Below are positions 11,084-20,010 of a DNA stretch of 64,000 nt, piece by piece; positions within the stretch are counted from its first letter, which is position 1; each line of letters opens with the position of its first letter. The notes beneath the pieces are model-generated. The model searched no databases and was not told the DNA's origin. It saw only the letters and a list, made by a program, of their open reading frames with translations. Source of the stretch: Candidatus Dojkabacteria bacterium (GTDB taxonomy: Bacteria > Patescibacteriota > Dojkabacteria > J137); contig AP024679.1 in the NCBI GenBank assembly GCA_025999215.1, positions 293,645-357,644 on the forward strand, written 5' to 3'. Both the position numbers and the translations under genes were made by a program.

Positions 11084-11401
11084 ATGCTAGACATATTCTT
11101 AAAACCTTTTTATTGGTGGTATGCGGTTATTGTGAGAAGTTACTTTATTTATCTTTTTTTAAACTATAGTTTTTACTTAAATAAAACCGACACCATACCA
11201 ATGTTCAAAAATATTTTCGTGCCTTTGTTTGGAAGAAAGGGGATAACTAACAGAATTATTAGCCTATTTTTACGTTTTTGGTGGGTCGTGTTTGGTTTTA
11301 CATTTTCTACAGTTTTGATAATTCCAATGTTTTTGTTTGGAATTTTGTTGTTGATACTGCCATTTTTACCTATTATTCAAACTTATAGAATTGTAACATG
11401 A
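11084..11401 (+). CDS. Small polytopic membrane protein (hypothetical)
   Basis: Hydrophobic 105-aa ORF whose end overlaps the start of the next gene (ATGA). Confidence 0.35.
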   Translation: MLDIFLKPFYWWYAVIVRSYFIYLFLNYSFYLNKTDTIPMFKNIFVPLFGRKGITNRIISLFLRFWWVVFGFTFSTVLIIPMFLFGILLLILPFLPIIQTYRIVT

Positions 11402-13975
11402 ATGAAATGCTTGAAATTACAACGTCAAACAATACAAAAATTATTTTAAACCTTGAAGATTTATTTAAATTTAGAGGTGAGCGAAAAAATCGTGATTATT
11501 TTGATAAAAGGTTAGGTTCTTTGTTGTTTATATTGGGAATTATTTTGTTAGTAATTCCATACTTTTGGCTAATTTATAATAGTCGTTTTTCTTTTAAAGA
11601 ATTATGGAATCCTACTGAACCAGGCCTAATAATTTCAAATATTTCAATTTTTTTGATAATTTATGGATTGTATTTAAAAAGAGATAAAAAAGTTTTTGAT
11701 TCGAGTTTGCACCTTGAAGACCTTTCAGACTTACGAAAAAAAATTAAAAATAATGCTCAAAAAGTCTACGAATTAGAAAATGCCTTTAGTGTAGAGGTTT
11801 TACAAATTTTGGATGAAGTTTATGCCAAACACAAAGACTTTTTTTTAGTAGCGTTGTCTGATTACATGGTAAGTGTCTCAAAAGAAAAAAAACTTTTAGA
11901 GAGTAGGTTGGGCTTAGATTTAAAAAGTTTAAAAAATGCTTTATTAGAACACTTTAAAACTAAAACTACTAGTTTTGAAGTGATGGCCGCAGAATTTTTT
12001 AGAGATTTATTAGATAAAGCTAATTTTATTGAAAGTGATTACATAGATGAAAAAATTCTTTTGGCAACTCTAATAGAAAAATATTGGAAGGAAGTTTTAA
12101 GAGAATTCGAAATAACAGAATTAGATATTAAAGGTTTTATTTTGTGGCTTAAAAATGAGCAGAAAAATTTAAATTATCAAAAAAAATGGAAGCGATTGTC
12201 AAAATTAAAACCCAAAGGCCCAATTAATAGAGCTTACACCTCTCGTGCAACCCCAATGCTTGATGAGTTTGGGTACAACTTAACTGCTCGAATTATTGAT
12301 AGAGGCTTTAGTATTTCTATAGGCAGAGAAAATGAAATTAATACTCTTTTACAGACTTTGGAGCAAGAATCAAGCGCTGCAGCGATAATTATTGGTGAGC
12401 CAGGTGTAGGAAAAACTCACTTTTTAGAGTATCTAGCAACAAGAATGATAATTGAAGATGTTCCGAAAGAGCTTAGAGATTCAAGGCTTGTGGTTGTAGA
12501 TTTAAATAAGGTATTTGCTAAAGCGGGATCAATTGATCACTTTAAGCAGATTTTACAACAAATTTTAGAGGAGGTTGTGGAATCTAAAAGTTTAATTATT
12601 GCTTTTGAAGATTTTTCACAAATTCTCTCAATCCGAACTGAAGGAAGAATGGAAATTATTAATTTGGTTATGAATATGATTACTAGATATAATATTAAAA
12701 CCATAACCACCACAACTCTTTCAGATTATTACAAGTATGTTAAACCTATAAAAACATTGGCTGCTCTTTTTACGCCAATAAACCTAAACGAGCCAAGTAA
12801 AGAAGTTACTCTACAGATTTTATTAGATGAAGTTAAGCAACTTGAGAAAAAACATAATTTAACAATTCAAGTATCAGCCGTTAAGAGAATCGTGGAGTTT
12901 GGCAACGAATTTGATTTTGAAAGAGTAATGCCTGATAAGGGTAACAGGCTACTTGAGGAGGCAGTGATAAGGGCAGAACAAAATAATTTTAAAGTGATTG
13001 ATGAAGATTTAATTGATGAGCTTTTGTCTGAAAAAATCGGAGTTAATGTTGGAGAGATACGACAAGATGAAGCGATTAAGCTTAGAAACCTTGAAGAAGA
13101 AATGCACAAAAGAGTTGTTGGACAAGAAAATGCGATATCAGCAGTTGCTAGTGCGCTTAGAAGAGCTAGAGCAGGGATTATTAGTTCAAATCGTCCCAGT
13201 TGCTTCATTTTTATTCTTTGGTCCCACAGGAGTTGGAAAAACTGAAGTTGCTAAAACACTAGCAAGTACTTACTTTGGAGATGAAAAAAATATGATTAGG
13301 TTAGACATGTCTGAATATCAAGAGGAAAAAAATCTGGATAGGCTAATTGGGTATGCTGATGATTCAGGAGAATTTATTGGTGGATATCTTGTTGATTCTG
13401 TTAGGCAAAAACCTTTTTCGTTAGTCTTGTTGGATGAGATTGAAAAAGCAAATTCAAAAGTTTTAGATTTATTTTTGCAAGTTTTAGATGAAGGTTTTAT
13501 AACTGATGGGTTAGGTAGAAAAATTGATTTTACAAACACGATTATTATTGCTACCAGCAATGTTGCTTCAAAGGAAATAACTGTAATGTTTGAGCAAGGG
13601 CAGAAATATATTGATGTTTTAAATAAAATAACTCCACTTTTGAAAAATTATTTTAGGGTTGAGTTTATTAATCGTTTTGATAAAGTCATTATGTTTAGAC
13701 CGTTGAATTTTGTAGATATTGAGCAAATAGCGAATTTAATTCTGATGAAACTGAGAGATAGGTTACTTGCTCAAGGAATAGATTTAAAATGGGATAAAAA
13801 TACTCTTTTTAAATTAGCTGAAAAAGGTTATAGTAGAGTGTACGGTGCGCGAGAGCTAAGAAGAGTTATACAAGAAACTATTGAAGATGATATTGCAACT
13901 GCTATAATTGAGAAAAAGTTGAAAAGCGGTAATACAGCTGTTTTAAGCGGTTTAGATATTATTTACATTACTTAA
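11398..13975 (+). pseudogene. Divergent, membrane-anchored Clp/Hsp100-like double-AAA+ ATPase (ClpA-like, no M-domain, Clp N-domain replaced by 2 TM helices) with one frameshift between D1 and D2
   Basis: D1 Walker A GEPGVGKTH with degenerate Walker B (IIAFEDF). Linker ...MHKRVVGQENAISAVASALRRARAGIISSNRP. D2 continues in the overlapping frame (track ORF 13013-13975): SFLFFGPTGVGKTEVAK...LVLLDEIEKA...sensor-2 GARELRR. Frame switch near 13195-13205 at a CCC run. N-terminus has two predicted TM helices (residues ~40-95). Confidence 0.7.
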
Positions 13976-14335
13976 ATGAAAAAAATTATTTTTATAACAA
14001 TTTTTTACACAAGCGTTTTTTTAGATAGGGTTAATGCGCAAGAATTTTCTTACAGTATTCCTAGCCCTACAAGGTATCAAAGTTTGGAGGATGTAGTTTC
14101 TGCATTAGGAAATTTAATTCAGCCAATATTTATATTAACCTTTTTGGCAATGGTTTTGTATGGGGCATGGGTTAGGCTTACATCGCAAGGAAATGCTGAC
14201 AAATTAGCAACAAGTAGAAAAATAATCATTGCTGCAATAGTGGGTTTTACCTTGGCGGTTTTAGCTCCATCAATAGTAAATATTGTAACAGGTTTACTTG
14301 GAGTAACTGGTTTAGAAACTTTACAAACAAATTAA
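13976..14335 (+). CDS. Secreted small two-TM protein, VirB2/TrbC-like pilin family (paralog 1)
   Basis: Signal peptide ending VNA-QE, then a TM - charged loop - TM hairpin (ILTFLAMVLYGAWVRLTSQGNADKLATSRKIIIAAIVGFTLAVLAP). Topology and size match conjugative-pilin-type proteins. Homology is not proven. Confidence 0.45.
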   Translation: MKKIIFITIFYTSVFLDRVNAQEFSYSIPSPTRYQSLEDVVSALGNLIQPIFILTFLAMVLYGAWVRLTSQGNADKLATSRKIIIAAIVGFTLAVLAPSIVNIVTGLLGVTGLETLQTN

Positions 14336-14338
14336 AAT

Positions 14339-14950
14339 ATGAAGGCTTTATTGTTTGTTTTAAATATATTTTTTTTAATCTCAATAATTTTTGGATCTGT
14401 AGTTTATGCACAAGGTTATCCAGGACCTAATACTAATGATCCAAACTATAGTCGTATAGGGTCCGCTCCTGAAAATTGTAGTGACAACTACGTGGTAGAT
14501 TTTAGTTGTCAAAGAGCAAAAATTTTAGATCCTTCAGTTTTTTGTTATGAAAACAAATGCCCAGATGTTCCTTCTTATCAAGATGCTCAGCAAGGTAGCG
14601 ATGATACTTGGTTAAGTTTAGATGCTTTTGGGGCTAGATTAAATATTGATTCTGGAAAAGAGATTGCCGCACTAATTAATATTTCCATATCTACTTTTTT
14701 GGGAATTATATCTATTTATGCATTGGTTAGAGGTGTGTATGTTGCTGGCTTTAAAATAGCAGGTAATACAGAACAAGAAAAGCTTACAGAAGCAAGGAAT
14801 GAAATTGTGCAACTAGTTTTGGCGTTTGTAATTGCTTGGTCGGCAATTTTTGTATTGCAGTTTGTATTCTCTTTGCTTGGATTAGGTAGTATTAATAACT
14901 ATATTTTATTTGGAGATAACCAACAAGGAACTCAAATAGTTATAAATTAA
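14339..14950 (+). CDS. VirB2/TrbC-like pilin-family paralog 2 with Cys-rich ectodomain
   Basis: Signal peptide (VYA-QG), an ectodomain of about 100 aa with 6 Cys, then the TM-loop-TM module with the shared 'EQEK' loop signature (KIAGNTEQEKLTEARNEI). Confidence 0.45.
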   Translation: MKALLFVLNIFFLISIIFGSVVYAQGYPGPNTNDPNYSRIGSAPENCSDNYVVDFSCQRAKILDPSVFCYENKCPDVPSYQDAQQGSDDTWLSLDAFGARLNIDSGKEIAALINISISTFLGIISIYALVRGVYVAGFKIAGNTEQEKLTEARNEIVQLVLAFVIAWSAIFVLQFVFSLLGLGSINNYILFGDNQQGTQIVIN

Positions 14951-14953
14951 ATT

Positions 14954-15499
14954 ATGAAAACAAAAACTAAAATCTTATTGTTTTTAATTATGTTTTTTGT
15001 AATACCGCCATTAGTGAGCGCGCAGGATGGATCAGGCTCTTTGGAATTCAATACAGGTAAGGCTGGTGAAGGCTTAGACCCAATTACGATTTCTTTTTTC
15101 CCTCAAGTTACTCTTATTGATGCAGAGTATGCAAGCTTTTTAAGTTGGTTAAGTTTTATAGCTAACATAGCTATATTAGTTTTGGTGCTTTTTTGGCTTT
15201 ATAAAATTTTTTTTGCAGGGATAGAAGCTATGAGAGGTGGTGGTGAAGCTGAAAAATTGGTTGAATCTTGGAAAAAAGTTAGAGCGGTTTTGCTTGGAGT
15301 AACTATTTCTTTTTTGATACCAATAATACTTTCTATTGTAGGGACTTTTTTGGGTGTTGGTGCAATTTGGGAGTGGCCATTAGCTTTTAGAGAATGTAAA
15401 GATGATAGGTATGATTATTATTTTCAAGCTTTACAGGAGTGGAGTCAAACTACAAACGTTTCAGATCCTAAAGCTGAAGTTGATAGTATTTGTTTTTAA
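14954..15499 (+). CDS. VirB2/TrbC-like pilin-family paralog 3
   Basis: Signal peptide (VSA-QD) plus TM - IEAMRGGGEAEKLVESWKK - TM. Confidence 0.45.
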   Translation: MKTKTKILLFLIMFFVIPPLVSAQDGSGSLEFNTGKAGEGLDPITISFFPQVTLIDAEYASFLSWLSFIANIAILVLVLFWLYKIFFAGIEAMRGGGEAEKLVESWKKVRAVLLGVTISFLIPIILSIVGTFLGVGAIWEWPLAFRECKDDRYDYYFQALQEWSQTTNVSDPKAEVDSICF

Positions 15500-15507
15500 T
15501 AATTTAA

Positions 15508-15945
15508 ATGTATAGATTTTTTATTTTTGCAGCAATTATTTTATTGAGTTTTGGTTTTTTAAACATAGTTAAGGCTCAGGGCTTTTGTGATTTTTATCCA
15601 TGTGGTAATAATGATCCAAGTATTGATGACAGCACAGAAGATGATCTTTCAGTAACTTTTCGAACAGGTTTTCGATTAATAACATCGTTAATATTTACAG
15701 TTTTCATAGCATATGGTATATTTTTGATAATTAAGGCTACTTATATTATTATTAGAAGTGAAGGAGTTTCAGAAAAATACGAAAAAGGGTATAAGTTGAT
15801 AAAGGGGGTTTATGTTGGTGTAATTATGATATTTATAGGTTTGATAGGTTTATTGATTGTTGCTGTTTTTTTTGGTGGGGTAAGTATATTTAATGTTGAG
15901 CTAACTGAGCCAGAAGGGGTTGATACACCGTTATTTGAATTTTAG
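15508..15945 (+). CDS. VirB2/TrbC-like pilin-family paralog 4
   Basis: Signal peptide (VKA-QG), short Cys-containing ectodomain, then TM - IRSEGVSEKYEKGYK - TM. Confidence 0.45.
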   Translation: MYRFFIFAAIILLSFGFLNIVKAQGFCDFYPCGNNDPSIDDSTEDDLSVTFRTGFRLITSLIFTVFIAYGIFLIIKATYIIIRSEGVSEKYEKGYKLIKGVYVGVIMIFIGLIGLLIVAVFFGGVSIFNVELTEPEGVDTPLFEF

Positions 15946-15971
15946 ACTTTTATTATTTATTAGTTGTCAAA

Positions 15972-16512
15972 TTGAAAAAAATATCTAATTTTACATTAGG
16001 GGTATTTGTTTTTTTGATTATTGCGTTTTTTTTAGTAACTGTTAATGTTGATGCACAGGGTAGTTCCCAAGATCTTCCTGATGATACGAATGCTACAACT
16101 ACTAATGATGAAAGTTTGGTTTGTCAAGTACTTCCATTTTTAAAGAATATAGCATTTGTTAATAAGGCTATATATGAGGGTAGTGAATAAGGTGCAGAAA
16201 ATGCCGTTAACACCATAGTAGGCTTGGTTCAACTAGGAGGAACTTTGGTGTTTGTAGGTATAATAGGAATATCAATTTATGTGATCATAAAGGCGGCAAT
16301 AAAGTATATAAGAAGCGAAGGAGAAGGAGAAGGTGGTTGAAGCGCAAAAGGCAATAAAGCAGGTGTTTGCAGGTTTAGCGGCGTTATTTGTAGGGTTGGT
16401 AGGTTTAGTAATAATACTTGCATTAATAAATACTGATGGTACTTTGGGTGGTTCTACTGAGCAGAATAGTGATTTAATAAAACAGCTAGAACAATTAAAT
16501 TTAGGGGAGTAG
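15972..16512 (+). pseudogene. VirB2/TrbC-like pilin-family paralog 5, inactivated. This is the first, diverged unit of the 647-bp tandem repeat.
   Basis: In-frame TAA at 16188-16190 where the intact copies have AAA. A 2-nt deletion near 16320 (GAAGGAGAA-GGAGAAGG versus GAAGGAGAACAGGAGAAGG) shifts the frame into TGA. From 16191 onward the nucleotide sequence is near-identical to 16838-17159. Confidence 0.7.
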
Positions 16513-16572
16513 TTTGTTAATTTAGAATTTAGATATTTAAAAATAAATTTTTTATCGGATTTACAAAGAATT

Positions 16573-16602
16573 TTGACATTTTTTGAGCTGTTTGTGTATA
16601 AT
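16573..16602 (+). promoter_or_regulatory. Consensus sigma-70-type promoter inside the repeat unit
   Basis: TTGACA - 18 nt - TATAAT, about 35 nt upstream of the 16638 ATG. An identical copy sits at 17220-17249 upstream of 17285. Confidence 0.55.
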
Positions 16603-16637
16603 TAATTGAACAAATTTATTAATTAGTTTAATTTAAA

Positions 16638-17159
16638 ATGAAAAAAATTATTAACAAGATTCACTCAACACTCATTATTTTAATGTTTGTTTTTTTATTA
16701 CATCCACTTCTTTTTTCAGTCTTAGTTGTTCGGGCTAGCGGTCAAAGTGATTTTTCTAATATTATATGTCAAGTACTTCCTTTTTTGAACAATATAGTAT
16801 TCGTTAAGGATGCTATATGTAAGGGTAATGAAAAAGGTGCAGAAAATGCCGTTAATACCATAGTAGGCTTGGTTCAACTAGGAGGAACTTTGGTGTTTGT
16901 AGGTATAATAGGAATATCAATTTATGTGATCATAAAGGCGGCAATAAAGTATATAAGAAGCGAAGGAGAACAGGAGAAGGTGGTTGAAGCGCAAAAGGCA
17001 ATAAAGCAGGTGTTTGCAGGTTTGGCGGCGTTATTTGTAGGGTTGGTAGGTTTAGTAATAATACTTGCATTAATAAATACTGATGGTACTTTGGGTGGTT
17101 CTACTGAGCAGAATAGTGATTTAATAAAACAGCTAGAACAATTAAATTTAGGGGAGTAG
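16638..17159 (+). CDS. VirB2/TrbC-like pilin-family paralog 6 (repeat copy A)
   Basis: Signal peptide (VRA-SG), Cys-containing ectodomain, then TM - IRSEGEQEKVVEAQKAIKQ - TM. 173 aa. Confidence 0.5.
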   Translation: MKKIINKIHSTLIILMFVFLLHPLLFSVLVVRASGQSDFSNIICQVLPFLNNIVFVKDAICKGNEKGAENAVNTIVGLVQLGGTLVFVGIIGISIYVIIKAAIKYIRSEGEQEKVVEAQKAIKQVFAGLAALFVGLVGLVIILALINTDGTLGGSTEQNSDLIKQLEQLNLGE

Positions 17160-17284
17160 TTTGTTAATTTAGAATTTAGATATTTAAAAATAAATTTTTT
17201 ATCGGATTTACAAAGAATTTTGACATTTTTTGAGCTGTTTGTGTATAATTAATTGAACAAATTTATTAATTAGTTTAATTTAAA

Positions 17285-17806
17285 ATGAAAAAAATTATTA
17301 ACAAGATTCACTCAACACTCATTATTTTAATGTTTGTTTTTTTATTACATCCACTTCTTTTTTCAGTCTTAGTTGTTCGGGCTAGCGGTCAAAGTGATTT
17401 TTCTAATATTATATGTCAAGTACTTCCTTTTTTGAACAATATAGTATTCGTTAAGGATGCTATATGTAAGGGTAATGAAAAAGGTGCAGAAAATGCCGTT
17501 AATACCATAGTAGGCTTGGTTCAACTAGGAGGAACTTTGGTGTTTGTAGGTATAATAGGAATATCAATTTATGTGATCATAAAGGCGGCAATAAAGTATA
17601 TAAGAAGCGAAGGAGAACAGGAGAAGGTGGTTGAAGCGCAAAAGGCAATAAAGCAGGTGTTTGCAGGTTTAGCGGCGTTATTTGTAGGGTTGGTAGGTTT
17701 AGTAATAATACTTGCATTAATAAATACTGATGGTACTTTGGGTGGTTCTACTGAACAGAATGATCAATTACAAAGATTAAGGGATTTAGATTTGGGAGAA
17801 CAATAA
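17285..17806 (+). CDS. VirB2/TrbC-like pilin-family paralog 7 (repeat copy B; identical to copy A except the C-terminal 15 aa)
   Basis: Nucleotide-identical to 16638-17115. C-terminus is NDQLQRLRDLDLGEQ versus NSDLIKQLEQLNLGE in copy A. Confidence 0.5.
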   Translation: MKKIINKIHSTLIILMFVFLLHPLLFSVLVVRASGQSDFSNIICQVLPFLNNIVFVKDAICKGNEKGAENAVNTIVGLVQLGGTLVFVGIIGISIYVIIKAAIKYIRSEGEQEKVVEAQKAIKQVFAGLAALFVGLVGLVIILALINTDGTLGGSTEQNDQLQRLRDLDLGEQ

Positions 17807-18010
17807 AGTTAGTTTTAGTAGGGAAGATAATTTTAAAATAGCTAAATTAATTTATTTCTTTTTTATTAGCCTAATTGGGTGTTGGGGATTTTTTGTTTAA
17901 ATTAGATGTAATTTTATTATTTAATTCTAGATTCAATCAGTGTTCTATCGTCTGAAACAATTACTTCAAATTTACTTGATAAAAGTTTCATTTCTTGGGA
18001 TACTTTTGGT

Positions 18011-18470
18011 ATGAAAAATTTACTTGTAGTGTTGCTTGTTTTTTTTGGGCTTGCTTTCTTTACACTCAGTGTAAATGCTCAAATGCAAGACATTCCCTTT
18101 TCTGCAAATGATTCATCGTGCAGTAGTTATCAGTGCTTCAATGGTGAGGATCCTGTTTATAATGAAAGTAAAAAGTTATGTATGTGTGGAGATGAGCCTG
18201 CATACTTCAAGCCACCCACACTTCAGCAAGTTGAGATATGGTTTGTTAGGATAGTTTATATCGTTTGGGCTTTTGTTGGGTCACTTTCTTTTGTAATGCT
18301 AGTTTATTTGGGATATCAATATATGCTCAAAGGAGGGAACAAGTGACCAAGCCTTGGTTGATTTAAGAAGGAGGATTATAAACTATATAATTGGGGTGGT
18401 ATTAGTGTTTTTGGCTGTTCCCGATATTAACGACTTTCTTTCGGTTTTTAAATATAAATGGAGATGTTAA
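18011..18470 (+). pseudogene. VirB2/TrbC-like pilin-family paralog 8 requiring a +1 frameshift (probably pseudogene)
   Basis: Signal peptide (VNA-QM), Cys-rich ectodomain and TM1, then ...LKGGNK-TGA at 18344. The +1 frame continues DQALVDLRRRIINYIIGVVLVFLAVPDI..., which recreates the charged loop plus TM2 seen in all paralogs. Confidence 0.55.
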
Positions 18471-18977
18471 GTGTTATGAGTTTGCAGAGTCTGGGGAATT
18501 GACATTTAGATTTTTCTTTCCAGAGCTTATGTACTGATCCTTTGAATGTTTTAGTTTCGGATCCTTGTACGTTTGGTGATGATGCTAGAGGGTTTGCTTG
18601 TGCTATAGAAGGAGCAAAGGTATCTGATTGCTCTGCAAGAAATTACAGAAGTATACAATATTTAGAGCTTATGTTTGTAGACAAGGTGTATCGAATTCTA
18701 TCGAGTTTAATGATAGTAACTAGTTTAACATCGATTTGAAACTAATAAGTTTGTTGTAGATGCACATACTGATTTTGTTATTTAATGTAAGTGTGAGATT
18801 AATATATTAGATTTTAAAGTTGTAAGATTATAAGAGATAGTATGTCTGAACGAATTTATAACTACAAACGATTTCAATTCTATTCCTGATTCGTTACAAG
18901 TAGATATTGCGGGAGAAGAAAATTCTTTTGATGTAATTACCAAAATAGAGTCTTCTGGTATAACAGTAACTAAAAAT

Positions 18978-19970
18978 GTGAAGAAATATATTTTGAAAAA
19001 GATAATTGATCGTCAAAATCAGTTACTAGATGAAAGAAAACCCTTAGATGGCGAATTTAATAAACTTAAAGATGAAAAGCAAGCTCTTGAAGGAAAGGAA
19101 CTTTTTGTATTATATTTACAAACTTTAAAAAATGATTTAGAAGATGTATTAAAAAAATATGAGATTAATGAAATTGACAAAACAAAAATTGAAAATTTAA
19201 AGCGTGAAAAACAGCATATGAGAACCAAATATCTTTTAGGTAAAGAAGATAATTTTTTTGCACAAGATAAAAATGAAGATAATGATGAAAAAAAGGATGA
19301 GCCATATTATTTTGTGGTTGGTTTAATGGTTTTGCAATCACTATTTGTTGTGTTTGCTTTATTGTATAAATTTAATTTGACGTTACTTTTAATTGGCGTG
19401 GTTTCATTTTTGATACAAATTTTATTTGCGTCACTTGCAAATAAAGTTGGATATTATGAAAATAATCTGTTATTTGAGTTGATTAATTATACTCATCCTG
19501 AAATAGATAAGCAGGAAGTGTTTGATAATTTTGATTATGAGGAGAGTATGCTTGTGAAGTTTGCAATGTATGAAACGATTAAGAATGAAATTAATAAGAT
19601 AGATGAATATAGTCAAGAATTTTTGAATGGGCAGACCTTAGATGAGTTTTCAAACAAAATAAAGCAAATAGTTGATAAAATGAGAGAAATTAATGAAAAG
19701 CTTATCGAAATTGAAAAAATTTCAATTAGTTCTGAAAAATTGAAAAAACTTAAACAAGAGCAATCTAGTTTGTCTGGCACAGGTTTGTTTGGGGATGTAT
19801 CATCTTCTGAAGGTGTTTTGAGTGATGCCGATAAAATCTCAATAGGAAGATTTTTGGTTGTTAATCATCAAAATGCTCTATCGGTTGAATTTGCCAGAGA
19901 GCAATTTAATATTTTACAAGAAGTCATTAGTGATAAAATACTTTATAGGACACAAGTTACACAAAACTAA
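18978..19970 (+). CDS. Hypothetical coiled-coil membrane protein (two central TM helices)
   Basis: K/E-rich helical N-region, TM pair (YYFVVGLMVLQSLFVVFALLY / LLLIGVVSFLIQILFASL), acidic C-region. Confidence 0.45.
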   Translation: MKKYILKKIIDRQNQLLDERKPLDGEFNKLKDEKQALEGKELFVLYLQTLKNDLEDVLKKYEINEIDKTKIENLKREKQHMRTKYLLGKEDNFFAQDKNEDNDEKKDEPYYFVVGLMVLQSLFVVFALLYKFNLTLLLIGVVSFLIQILFASLANKVGYYENNLLFELINYTHPEIDKQEVFDNFDYEESMLVKFAMYETIKNEINKIDEYSQEFLNGQTLDEFSNKIKQIVDKMREINEKLIEIEKISISSEKLKKLKQEQSSLSGTGLFGDVSSSEGVLSDADKISIGRFLVVNHQNALSVEFAREQFNILQEVISDKILYRTQVTQN

Positions 19971-20010
19971 TTTAGTCAAGATAGCTAACATAGCTAATCT
20001 AGTTATATTT

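Larger units (their letters stand above)
16191..17761 (+). repeat. Tandem direct repeat, period 647 bp (about 2.4 units), each unit carrying a pilin-like gene plus its promoter
   Basis: 16191-16637 matches 16838-17284 almost exactly. 16638-17284 matches 17285-17761 apart from one silent SNP. Copies diverge only over the last ~45 nt of the third gene. Confidence 0.85.

Noticed and set aside
18344-18346. TGA recoded as Gly (genetic code 25), which would explain the internal TGA in the pilin-like gene
   Set aside because: The 7.7-kb and 4.1-kb genes and all housekeeping genes translate end-to-end under the standard code with no internal TGA, and several genes terminate at TGA. The continuation after 18346 is in the +1 frame, not in frame.
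18542-18739. 65-aa ORF (MNVLVSDPCTFGDD...) after the frameshifted pilin-like gene
   Set aside because: It has no signal peptide or TM hairpin like its neighbours and no promoter-like context. It is possibly a remnant, but there is too little evidence to call it.
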